Assembly (NCBI GenBank): GCA_001783515.1
Contig: MFMN01000004.1
Span: forward strand, 1-60,381
DNA length: 60,381 nucleotides
Direction: 5' to 3'
Source: Candidatus Kaiserbacteria bacterium RIFCSPLOWO2_12_FULL_50_10
GTDB taxonomy: Bacteria > Patescibacteriota > Minisyncoccia > Phycocordibacterales > UBA918
The position numbers and the translations under genes are program-made. Each line of letters starts with the position of its first letter. Position 1 is the stretch's first letter. Shown here piece by piece: positions 34,669-43,763 of the stretch. Under the pieces are notes generated by a model. It saw nothing but the letters and a program-made list of their open reading frames with translations, had not been told where the DNA came from and made no database searches.

Positions 34669-36750
34669 ATGATTGAAAGCATTCTTGCCCTTATCCTCAT
34701 GTTTCTCGTTGCATCGGGAACAGGAGTCCTCGCCGAGCGCATTCGCGTTCCGTATACGGTTCTTCTCGTGCCGGTCGGCGTGCTTTTGCTTCTTGCCTCG
34801 CAGATTCCCGCACTGCAGTTTATCGGCTCAATCAAGCTCACGCCGGAGCTTCTCTTTTACGCATTCCTTCCGGTGCTTATTTTTGAGTCCGCGTATAACA
34901 TCAACTGGAAGCAACTCATTCGCAACAAATGGTCAATCACACTCCTCTCGGTCGTGTCGCTCATTGTCTCGACTGCGCTTATTGCCGTTGCCTTTAAGTT
35001 TGGCCTCGAGCTCATCGGTTGGCACATTCCGTGGCAAGTCGTCATCCTCTTCGGCGCGCTTATCTCCGCAACCGACCCAGTGGCCGTACTTGCACTCTTC
35101 AAGGAGTACGGTGCGCCAAAGCGCCTCTCGCTCATTTTTGAAGGCGAATCACTCTTTAACGACGGTACCGCACTCGCGCTCTACCTCGTCCTCATCGCCG
35201 CATTTACGACAACGCACGAAGTATCGCTCCCGGCAATGATTGGAAACGGAAGCCTCCTCTTCGTCTCGATGGTTGTGCTTGGTGGTGCGCTCGGTGCACT
35301 CTTCGGGTTTATCTTCGCAAAGCTCATCGAAAAAATCCGTGACGATTCTTCACTTGAACTCACACTCGCCTTGGTGATGGCGCACGCTACCTTCATTAGT
35401 GCCGAACTCATTTCTCACTGGATGATGCATACCATGCACTGGTCAATCGGTATCTCTCCCGTCATTGCAACAACGTTTGGTGCAATCACCATGGGGAACT
35501 GGGGCCGCTACAAACTTTCGTCACAGGTGCATGAGTTCGTCGAACACACCCTCGGCTACCTCGGCTTCCTCATCAACTCAATCATCTTCATCCTCATCGG
35601 GTTCGTCTTTGTGGATATTATGCACGAGGTTGATATGGCGACACTTCTCGTACCGGGACTTATCGCAATTGCCGTAGTTGTGGTTGCACGCGCACTCTCG
35701 GTCTATCCGCTCATACAACTCTTTAACAAGACAAAGCTCGAGGAGCATATCCCGCTCCAGTGGCAGCACCTCCTCTCGTGGGGCTCGCTCCGTGGCGCGA
35801 TCGCGATTGCTATCATGCTTTCTATCCCGAAGGACTGGGTGCCTGCGGGCTGGGAGTATAGCTTCACGCCACAGGCATTTATCGCCGGCGTCACCATCAT
35901 TTGTATCTACTTCACGCTCTTTATCAAAGCAACAACCATCGGCACTATTCTTGAGCGGTTCCAGCTCACGAAGATGACGGCAATTGAATATGCAGGGTAT
36001 CTCCTCGCGCGTATGCGTATTGCCGACAAGGCGCTCTCAGAATCTGACCGCTTTGTGCGCCGCGGCTACATCGACGACACCATTGCGTCGCATGCACGCA
36101 AAGGCTATGAGCGATGGAAAACACGAGCGATTGCACACATGCAAACCGTGTGCGCAGAATATCCAAAGACGCCAACGCTCGCGCTGCATCTGCATGTTGC
36201 CGGTACGGAATCAAAGATTCTGCATCGCCTCTACCACTATCGCGAAGTGAACGAGCTTGTGTATCGTCGTCTTATTGGCGAAGTGGAAGAGCGTATTCTC
36301 GACCTCGAAGAATCCATTGTTCCTGAAATCACGACGAGTTGCGAACCTGTCTTTACGTGGTTCGACAAGGTAGAGTCGCGCATGAGTCGTCTCGACGAGC
36401 TCCGCAATCACTACCTCTTCGCCCGCGCACGCATCATCGCATCCGACAAGGTTATCATGGCGCTTGAGAACGCACTGCAGGAAAATACGCTCTTTGCCGA
36501 GGCGGATGTGCAAGCACTCCGTGCCGTGTATGAAGCGCGACTTGCCGAGGCTCGGGCACACATGCACTCTCTCGCAGAAAGTGCGCCAGCACTCGTAGAC
36601 GGGCTTCGTCTCGAACATCTCGAAGACGGACTCCTCAAAGCAAAAGAACGCGAACTCGAAGAAATCATCGCCGAAGGCGCCGTCGCGCCAAAGGCCGCAC
36701 TAAAACTCCAAGAACGCATCGCCATCCACCGCGCCCACCGCGAGGGATAA
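34669..36750 (+). CDS. CPA1-family Na+/H+ (cation:proton) antiporter with long cytoplasmic C-terminal domain
   Basis: 693 aa, about 12 TM segments, with the ATDPVAV motif (ISATDPVAVLALFKE) and a ~270-aa helical tail. Confidence 0.85.
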   Translation: MIESILALILMFLVASGTGVLAERIRVPYTVLLVPVGVLLLLASQIPALQFIGSIKLTPELLFYAFLPVLIFESAYNINWKQLIRNKWSITLLSVVSLIVSTALIAVAFKFGLELIGWHIPWQVVILFGALISATDPVAVLALFKEYGAPKRLSLIFEGESLFNDGTALALYLVLIAAFTTTHEVSLPAMIGNGSLLFVSMVVLGGALGALFGFIFAKLIEKIRDDSSLELTLALVMAHATFISAELISHWMMHTMHWSIGISPVIATTFGAITMGNWGRYKLSSQVHEFVEHTLGYLGFLINSIIFILIGFVFVDIMHEVDMATLLVPGLIAIAVVVVARALSVYPLIQLFNKTKLEEHIPLQWQHLLSWGSLRGAIAIAIMLSIPKDWVPAGWEYSFTPQAFIAGVTIICIYFTLFIKATTIGTILERFQLTKMTAIEYAGYLLARMRIADKALSESDRFVRRGYIDDTIASHARKGYERWKTRAIAHMQTVCAEYPKTPTLALHLHVAGTESKILHRLYHYREVNELVYRRLIGEVEERILDLEESIVPEITTSCEPVFTWFDKVESRMSRLDELRNHYLFARARIIASDKVIMALENALQENTLFAEADVQALRAVYEARLAEARAHMHSLAESAPALVDGLRLEHLEDGLLKAKERELEEIIAEGAVAPKAALKLQERIAIHRAHREG

Positions 36751-36912
36751 AAAACTATACGTCTCGTTTTCGAGTGAGACACAGAAAAATCCCCTCCATT
36801 AATGGAGGGGATTTTTCTGAGACCGCGAAGAAAGATTGACAAAAAGGATATACTGTATCCGAACCACCCATCCACAGAAAACTTTATCTTTTCTTTAACT
36901 CGAATAAGTATA

Positions 36913-37263
36913 ATGATGACATTACAAAAAACAACTAAGAACATGTTACTTACAACCAAAAGAAAAGCAATTATACATACGATGCTCGTAGCAGCCCTTC
37001 TGCTCAGTGTCCCCTCGGTCACAAGCGCCGGCGCAAAACCTATAAATGACGGAAAAGAAAAAGTTTTCAAAATGAAGACTCTCGAAGGGGAAGAGCTACG
37101 TGTGTTCAATGAGAAAAAACGCAAAAAAAGAGAAAAACTCCACCTGCGCTGGGAGCAGCAAGCAGCGGAGATGGAGCTACAGCTTAGTGAGATGCGCGCG
37201 CATAGCGCGGTATCAACTCCAGAGTCGATTATTCGGCGCGAAGAAGTTAAAAATAATCCTTAA
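36913..37263 (+). CDS. Small secreted K/E-rich protein, translationally coupled (TAATG) to the giant ORF
   Basis: 116 aa from ATG 36913 with signal-like IIHTMLVAALLLSVPSVTSA. Its stop TAA 37261-37263 shares one base with ATG 37263. Confidence 0.5.
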   Translation: MMTLQKTTKNMLLTTKRKAIIHTMLVAALLLSVPSVTSAGAKPINDGKEKVFKMKTLEGEELRVFNEKKRKKREKLHLRWEQQAAEMELQLSEMRAHSAVSTPESIIRREEVKNNP

Positions 37264-40200
37264 TGTTTATGAATATTTTTTTCCGCGTGTTCTTATATGT
37301 CTGCATACTAACGGCAGCAGGCGTTGCGCCACTTGCATACGCTGACACCTACGTAAATAGTCCAGTTGTTGAAGATACTTTATGGCCTCTTGAATTTAGC
37401 CCCTATATTGTTGATGACGTGACTATCGTACAAGGTGCAACACTCACTATTGAACCGGGGGTTATTGTAAAAGTTGCAAAAGGGAAGATAGCATTTGATA
37501 TCGAGGGCGAACTCGTTGCAGGATCTTCCACAGAACCGGGACGTGTTGTTATCACCTCGATCAATGACAATACGTTTGGCGGCACCGCTGCGGGAAGTAC
37601 AGGAGCGCCAAAGGCTGAAGACTGGCTCCGTATTGTGGTGAATCAGGGTGCTTCTGCGCAGTTTTACAATACGGACATAAAGTACGGTGCAGGCAAGCTA
37701 GCATACGTGAACACACTTATCTATAACGACGGAGGTTCTGTTGCCGTGAGAAACAGCACACTTGCTTTTGCACCTTCTGGCATTATTGTGCAATATGGGA
37801 CTACTTCATCGCTTGTCCTTGAAGACAGTATAGTAAGCTCTGGTCCCTCGTTTGGGTACAATCCTGTTCATGTGGGCGGAGGAAGCGCTGTTGTTCGAAG
37901 GAATACTATTACTGCAAACGAGGGGGTCGGGTTTTGGGGTAGCTCACTTACATTTGGAGACAATACCTTCTCGGTAAAGTATCACGATCAGGGGAATGCG
38001 CTCTATCATTTTTCATCAACACCTCTCATAAACGAAGGAGGAAACAGCGGGGAAGGGTCAATCCATATTAACTATGGAAAGGGCTGGCAGAACGACTGGT
38101 CTCTTCCGCAGGACGGTCTCTCGTATCATTTTGGTGCAGATATGGTTGTGCCGAGTGGTGTACATGCATCCATTGCGAGCGGAGTACGTGCAAGAGTAGG
38201 CAATAGCATTGTGGTTGCAGGAGAATTGCAGCTTGGTACTCAAGGTGCCTCTGAGGAAGTCCTTTTGACCTCAATGTATGATGATGCTGGCATGGGCCGA
38301 GAATTTTCAAGCAAAGAACCTGCACGAGGGAACTGGCGGGGTATTTCGGTTAGCCCCGGAGGAACACTCAGCGCCTATGCAAGCACCATTAAGTATGCGG
38401 GGAAGGATAAGGATCAGAATATTATAGATGAATGTGAGTATCTTCTCGTTGAATTGGGTGTGACTGATTCACAGTGTGAGGACGAGTATTGGTGGAAAGC
38501 GGCAATTCGCAATGATGGCGGCATGGTATTTCTCGATGATGTTACCGTTGCAGAGAGTGTCACCAACGGGATTCGAACGGAATCAGGGGTGACCGCAATC
38601 ACGTACAGCACCTCAACGGATAATACACTCTCGGGTGTCTTGACAAATGGTGGAGACACAAACGTTGCTTACTCGTCGCTTGTGAATAACGGTCGGTATG
38701 CCATAGAAAACACCGACGAAACATCCGCGCTCGTAGCGACAGATAACTGGTATGGTGACAGCAGTGGACCATATGAACCTTCCGCGAACCCCTCAGGAAC
38801 GGGTGCTGAAGTAAGTCAAAACGTGAGTTACAACCCTTGGCTGAGCGAGCCTGCTCCGTATGGTTACACATCGGGAGGTGGAGGAGGTTCATCAGGCGAA
38901 GACTCTGAGATGATTACTCTGGAGGAAGACACCACTTGGTCTCTCGCAGAAAGCCCGTATGTACTCAGCAGCGATGTGCTTATTGCCGAAGGCGCAACAC
39001 TCACCATTGAGCCCGGTGTTGTTGTTAAGAGTGCTCGGAAGCAGGACGGGTCGCTCAGCGGTTTGTATGTATACGGAACACTTCAAGCTATCGGCTCTGA
39101 GCAAGATAAAATCTACTTTACTTCAGCACAGGACGACCTCGGAGGCGATTCAAATGATGACGGAGCAGAATCATCTCCAAGTGCTGGAGACTGGCTTGGT
39201 ATTGAGCTGTATGAAAATGGGGTGGCGCAGCTTGCGTATACGCACGTACAGTATGCAGGCGTAGGAATTTCTCTGTATGCAAGCACCACAAGCACCATTG
39301 CAAGCAGCACCTTTCGAGCAAATGAATCCAGCGGACTTGAGCACTATGAGGGTGTCACGAATATCTCACATTCAAATTTCCTCGACAATGGAACATTCGG
39401 CATACATGCCAGTGGACAAGGTGTCGTAAATGTGACAGGCAGCACCTTCGCAAACAACACCAACGGAACGCTTGATATTGATACGTTAAGCGCTGTGCAA
39501 GTGAATGAATCAGGAAATATCGGTCTAAACGTGCCAACATTCGTGACTGAGTACACCATTGCAACAAGCACTGTATGGACCGCAGCACATAGCCCTTATG
39601 TGCTCACAGAAAGTCTTACAATTAACCAAAATGCTACACTTACCATAGAACCAGGCGTAATCGTTAAAAATGGACTTGATCACACTATTGACATCTATGG
39701 CACACTGAACGCGGTTGGCACATCAGATAACAAAATCTATTTCACATCGCTAGAAGATGATATTGGTGGAGATACAAATAACGACAGCAATCAAACACTG
39801 CCTGCGCCAGGACAGTGGGGTGGCATTACAGTGAATTATTCTGGAATATTAAGAATAATTGATGCTGAGGTCAGCTATGCCGATGTTGGTATTGCTCAAC
39901 ACGGTAGTTCTACTATTTCAGACAATATCATTAGATCAGCATCTAATATGGGTATTATCCATGAATCTGGGACAACAACTATATCTGGCACGAGTATAGT
40001 CGGAGAGAGTGTGAGTGACATGGTTGCTTTGGGGGAAGGAGAGATTCGTATTAATTCCGATTTCTATAATAATGGTGAGTTTGGTTTTTCAACATCTATA
40101 AGTAATATAAATACTGACCTTAAGGCATACTTAGTTGATGATAGTGATGTAATTTTGGCAGAAATTCTAGGAGGTGTAGTTACAAATGATATGGTTCTCC

Positions 40201-43200
40201 CAAAGATTAATGTGCCATATCTTATTGATAGCCTTACAATTCAGGAGGGCAGTAAGCTTACAGTTCAACCTGGAACGGTCATTAAGGCGTTGCCATCTAA
40301 TATAAACGGGGCGTACACGTTGTTTGTTAATGGCGTATTAAGTGCAGTGGGTACCGAGCAGAATAAAATTTACTTCACCTCGTTTGAGGACGATGTTGGC
40401 GGTGATACAAATAACGATGGGAATGCAACAACTCCAGTAGAGAATCAATGGAAAGGGATTCGGATGTATGAGGATGCATCATCTGCAGTTCTCAACCACG
40501 CTGTGGTGCGTCACGCCTTGGTTGCATTATACATGGCGGACAATCCAGGAGTGCTCACTGTTCGAAACAGTACCTTCGAATCAAACCTTTGGGGAATGCT
40601 AGGTATTCAAGATGATGGTGATGCCACCATTAGAAATTCAAATGTTGTTAACGATAATGCTCTCTATGGAGTGAACCTATATAATAACGCATCATCCACT
40701 GTTGATGCTCGCAGTAACTGGTGGGGAAGCGCTTCAGGACCATACCATGCTACACTAAATCCTGACGGAACAGGAAATGTTGTCACGGGTAACGTTATCT
40801 TCACTCCCTGGCTTACTGCTCCTGCAACAGGGGATTATGTCTCAGAATCACCGGCAACGACAACACCTCCAGTAGCAACAACAACCGCGACAACCACGCC
40901 AACCTGTACTGAAAACTGCTACTCAAATGTCCTGTTCCTTCCGGGGATTATGGGGAGTGACTTGTACAAGAGTGACGGCACTCAGTGCTGGGTGCAAGAC
41001 ATGAATCATATCGGCGACACAGACTACGATTGTGTACGTATGCTTGATGCAAATACCCCGAATACAGCAGGAGTAGTTACCCGCGGTGTTGCAGAATATG
41101 CCTCAAATAAACCATATGAGGAGATCGAAGCCAGCATGGCAGCGTGGCAAACTGAACTCGGCATAACAGCAACAACTACACCGTACGACTGGCGATATGA
41201 CTTTAACCATATAGTGCGTTCAGGAACTCTGACAGCAAACGGTATTGACTACAACACAGAGATTGCCAACGGAACACCTGGATACATAGAGGCGCAGCTC
41301 CGTAGTCTTGCCTCATCGTCAAAAACAGGAAAAGTTACCGTCGTTGCCCATTCAATGGGTGGACTTGTTGCAAAAGAACTTATGGATAAAATAGGTTCTG
41401 CAGACACAGCAAATCTTGTTGATCAAGTAATCCTGGTCGCAACACCACAACTCGGAACACCGAAAGCGGCGGGTGCACTGCTGCATGGTGCAGGCATGGC
41501 GCTCGGACCTGACTATTGGACAATCCTCACCGAAGCACAGGCACGTGGACTTTCGAAAGATATGCAAGGCAGTTATAATCTGCTTCCAAGTAATGAATAC
41601 TTCGCAAGTGTTTCTGACCCAGTGCTTATTATGAGTACGACTACAAACAGATATATGTGGACGCCGGGTGGCGACTACATAGGAGCAACAACCCTTTCTG
41701 GAGACAGTACACTGGCAAATAGGTATGGTGCGACAGTTACAAGTGTGTCTGCACAGTCTGGCTTTATGACTGACAGTTCACGCGAAGCCCCAACGTTTAG
41801 TAATGTTGCTATTCCTGAAATAGCAAACAGTACGTATACGTCTCGTGCAAACACTGTGCATAATTCACTTGATGCGTGGACGCCACCTGCAGGGGTGAAG
41901 CTTATTGCCGTTGCAGGCTGGGGACTTGAGACCTTTCACCAGTTTACCTATGCACGAAATGTTGAAGAATCTTGTGATGGCGGTATATGCACCACGACTC
42001 GTGAATACCTTACGGTATCGCCAGATACCACTATTGATGGTGATGCGACAGTGGTGGTGCCAAGTGCTTTGTATTCTAGTGGGAGTTCGAATGTTGAGAG
42101 GTTTTGGTTGGATTTAAATGTTCCTCTGAAGGAGCATTCAGATATATTAGCCGCTGATTCACTCCGAACACTCATAAAAAACAAACTCACCGCAACAAAT
42201 CAATCATTGCCATATATCTACACTTCTGCAGCAAACCTTCCTGCTACTACCACAAAGCGTCTTCAGTTCGTGCTCCACTCCCCGCTCACTCTCGGCTACC
42301 GGGACATCAACGGCAACTACACCGGACTTAAGGAAGACGGTACCGTAGAATACACTATCCCCGGAGCACGATACGAACGCTTTGGAGAAGTACAGTGGCT
42401 ATCCGTTCCTGCAGATATCGGTGGCGGACTCGAAATGGTCGGAACAGATGATGGAATATTTACGCTTGAAGTGCGAGAAAAGCACGGAAACGAACTCAAA
42501 AAGCAGGTAAACTTTGCCTATGTAGATACCAAGAAAGGAATGAGGGTGACGTTGCCGTTTGCACAGAAGGAGAAGAAGGTGCAAAATGTAAAAATGCAGA
42601 ATATATCTGAAATTGATACGGAAACAGTCACCGAATACCTCGAAATTACTGTTGATAGACATGATGGAAAGTTAGAAAGAATACAGACAAGGGAAAAGAA
42701 GTTGAAAGAAAGAAAGCAAGACATTAGAGAAGCAACAACAACTCCGAAAGTCATTAGTCCTGGTGTTGCTACAACAGCACCAGAAGCCGTGACAGGCATT
42801 GAAGAATCATTAGTTGAAGAAACCTCTAGTAGTACTTCTGATGTTCCGAATCAGGACATGTCAACCACAACGGAGACTGTTAATCTAGAGGAGATTGCAA
42901 CATCAACAACCCCTATTGAAACAGATAGACAAGGAACGAGCACATTGCCAGTTTCTTCTGGATTACCACATTCGATCCTATTCCTCGCATATACCCTACC
43001 TTTATTGCGGAGGAGAAAGATAGAAATTAGTGAGATTAAAAAAAACCTGACGATAGTATTGTTTCTACTCTCTCTTCCATATATATATATATCATGGAAA
43101 ATTTATCTTTCTGGAATAGATATGTCCTTTTCATGGCTTCTCGGTATTGACAGAAATTTACACCCTACACTTGCTGAAACTGTTGAGTGGACACTCATGG

Positions 43201-43451
43201 CTCCTCTTATTATGTTCTTCTCTTTCGTCCCATTCTACTTCACCTCCGATAAAATATACAAAATCTGGCTCTGGTGGAATGCAGCACATGTTATCTTTCT
43301 AATAGTGAATGTCGTTGGCTATAACCCCCATGCATTTATGTTTGCAGATATAGGCTTCACCTTCCAGTACCGTCTCTACGTCGCTGGCTCGCTATTGCTG
43401 TTGTGCGCAGGCATAATACTTGGCATAATCCATAGATTCAAAAAATCATAA
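37263..43451 (+). CDS. Giant secreted protein (2062 aa): signal peptide, parallel beta-helix repeat modules, LCAT-like alpha/beta hydrolase, sorting-signal-like anchor, polytopic C-terminal extension
   Basis: Signal peptide ...APLAYA/DT. Four TLTIEPGV(I/V)VK...KIYFTS..DD.GGD.NNDG modules and two NWWG...GP....P.G.G..V...V...PWL motifs. Hydrolase motifs FLPGIMGS, PYDWRY and AHSMGG. Confidence 0.9.
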   Translation: MFMNIFFRVFLYVCILTAAGVAPLAYADTYVNSPVVEDTLWPLEFSPYIVDDVTIVQGATLTIEPGVIVKVAKGKIAFDIEGELVAGSSTEPGRVVITSINDNTFGGTAAGSTGAPKAEDWLRIVVNQGASAQFYNTDIKYGAGKLAYVNTLIYNDGGSVAVRNSTLAFAPSGIIVQYGTTSSLVLEDSIVSSGPSFGYNPVHVGGGSAVVRRNTITANEGVGFWGSSLTFGDNTFSVKYHDQGNALYHFSSTPLINEGGNSGEGSIHINYGKGWQNDWSLPQDGLSYHFGADMVVPSGVHASIASGVRARVGNSIVVAGELQLGTQGASEEVLLTSMYDDAGMGREFSSKEPARGNWRGISVSPGGTLSAYASTIKYAGKDKDQNIIDECEYLLVELGVTDSQCEDEYWWKAAIRNDGGMVFLDDVTVAESVTNGIRTESGVTAITYSTSTDNTLSGVLTNGGDTNVAYSSLVNNGRYAIENTDETSALVATDNWYGDSSGPYEPSANPSGTGAEVSQNVSYNPWLSEPAPYGYTSGGGGGSSGEDSEMITLEEDTTWSLAESPYVLSSDVLIAEGATLTIEPGVVVKSARKQDGSLSGLYVYGTLQAIGSEQDKIYFTSAQDDLGGDSNDDGAESSPSAGDWLGIELYENGVAQLAYTHVQYAGVGISLYASTTSTIASSTFRANESSGLEHYEGVTNISHSNFLDNGTFGIHASGQGVVNVTGSTFANNTNGTLDIDTLSAVQVNESGNIGLNVPTFVTEYTIATSTVWTAAHSPYVLTESLTINQNATLTIEPGVIVKNGLDHTIDIYGTLNAVGTSDNKIYFTSLEDDIGGDTNNDSNQTLPAPGQWGGITVNYSGILRIIDAEVSYADVGIAQHGSSTISDNIIRSASNMGIIHESGTTTISGTSIVGESVSDMVALGEGEIRINSDFYNNGEFGFSTSISNINTDLKAYLVDDSDVILAEILGGVVTNDMVLPKINVPYLIDSLTIQEGSKLTVQPGTVIKALPSNINGAYTLFVNGVLSAVGTEQNKIYFTSFEDDVGGDTNNDGNATTPVENQWKGIRMYEDASSAVLNHAVVRHALVALYMADNPGVLTVRNSTFESNLWGMLGIQDDGDATIRNSNVVNDNALYGVNLYNNASSTVDARSNWWGSASGPYHATLNPDGTGNVVTGNVIFTPWLTAPATGDYVSESPATTTPPVATTTATTTPTCTENCYSNVLFLPGIMGSDLYKSDGTQCWVQDMNHIGDTDYDCVRMLDANTPNTAGVVTRGVAEYASNKPYEEIEASMAAWQTELGITATTTPYDWRYDFNHIVRSGTLTANGIDYNTEIANGTPGYIEAQLRSLASSSKTGKVTVVAHSMGGLVAKELMDKIGSADTANLVDQVILVATPQLGTPKAAGALLHGAGMALGPDYWTILTEAQARGLSKDMQGSYNLLPSNEYFASVSDPVLIMSTTTNRYMWTPGGDYIGATTLSGDSTLANRYGATVTSVSAQSGFMTDSSREAPTFSNVAIPEIANSTYTSRANTVHNSLDAWTPPAGVKLIAVAGWGLETFHQFTYARNVEESCDGGICTTTREYLTVSPDTTIDGDATVVVPSALYSSGSSNVERFWLDLNVPLKEHSDILAADSLRTLIKNKLTATNQSLPYIYTSAANLPATTTKRLQFVLHSPLTLGYRDINGNYTGLKEDGTVEYTIPGARYERFGEVQWLSVPADIGGGLEMVGTDDGIFTLEVREKHGNELKKQVNFAYVDTKKGMRVTLPFAQKEKKVQNVKMQNISEIDTETVTEYLEITVDRHDGKLERIQTREKKLKERKQDIREATTTPKVISPGVATTAPEAVTGIEESLVEETSSSTSDVPNQDMSTTTETVNLEEIATSTTPIETDRQGTSTLPVSSGLPHSILFLAYTLPLLRRRKIEISEIKKNLTIVLFLLSLPYIYISWKIYLSGIDMSFSWLLGIDRNLHPTLAETVEWTLMAPLIMFFSFVPFYFTSDKIYKIWLWWNAAHVIFLIVNVVGYNPHAFMFADIGFTFQYRLYVAGSLLLLCAGIILGIIHRFKKS
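37374..40535 (+). repeat. Four diverged copies of a ~110-aa beta-helix module inside the giant ORF
   Basis: Modules start near 37374, 38925, 39565 and 40175. Each has SPY(I/V)(V/L/I), ATLT(I/V)(E/Q)PG, a G(T/E/V)L.A.G segment, KIYFTS (VVITS in module 1), DD.GGD.N.D and W.GI. Confidence 0.8.
40917..41520 (+). other. LCAT/PGAP1-like alpha/beta-hydrolase (lipase/acyltransferase) domain of the giant ORF
   Basis: FLPGIMGSDLY, YDWR (41184-41195) and the nucleophile elbow AHSMGG (41346-41363; Ser codon 41352-41354). Confidence 0.75.
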
Positions 43452-43615
43452 TCTCCTCAATACTCATAACTTTCCTCCTCCAAGGCCCCCACCCCTCGGC
43501 TATCGCGACGCAGACAGCAATCATTCGGGCGCAGCGACAGACTAAAAATTGAGCTTAGCACCCTAGGTTCGCAAGACAGACGCAATGGAGAAGTAAAGGA
43601 GATATGAGTCCGAAG
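43452..43615 (+). pseudogene. Degenerate duplicate of an internal segment of the giant ORF (homologous to ~42210-42445), with stop codons
   Basis: aactttcctcctccaagg...ctcggctatcgcgacgcagacagcaatcattcggg...cgcaatggagaagtaaaggag corresponds to aaccttcctgctactacc...ctcggctaccgggacatcaacggcaactacaccgg...cgctttggagaagtacagtgg. Confidence 0.65.
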
Positions 43616-43644
43616 AAACAGGATGCGTCAGCGTCCTGTTTTTT
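43616..43644 (+). terminator. Intrinsic terminator
   Basis: aaacaggatgc-gtca-gcgtcctgtttttt. Confidence 0.85.
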
Positions 43645-43763
43645 GTGTTGTTTTGAGCAGATGATGCGGGTTTACTCGCTGGTTATCCACAGATAGTTTT
43701 CTTTTGGGGTGGGGTATACTTGGGGGTACATTACCTATTTAGTATTATTTAATTTTAGAAATT

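Noticed and set aside
36411-37124. 237-aa minus-strand ORF overlapping the antiporter 3' end and the following spacer
   Set aside because: It overlaps the well-supported antiporter C-terminus, has a low-complexity S/A/R composition, and has no start signals.
43594-43686. 30-codon ORF (MSPKKQDASASCFLCCFEQMMRVYSLVIHR) after the giant gene
   Set aside because: The SD-like aaggag is only 2 nt from the ATG, and the ORF reads straight through the terminator hairpin, so it is likely fortuitous.
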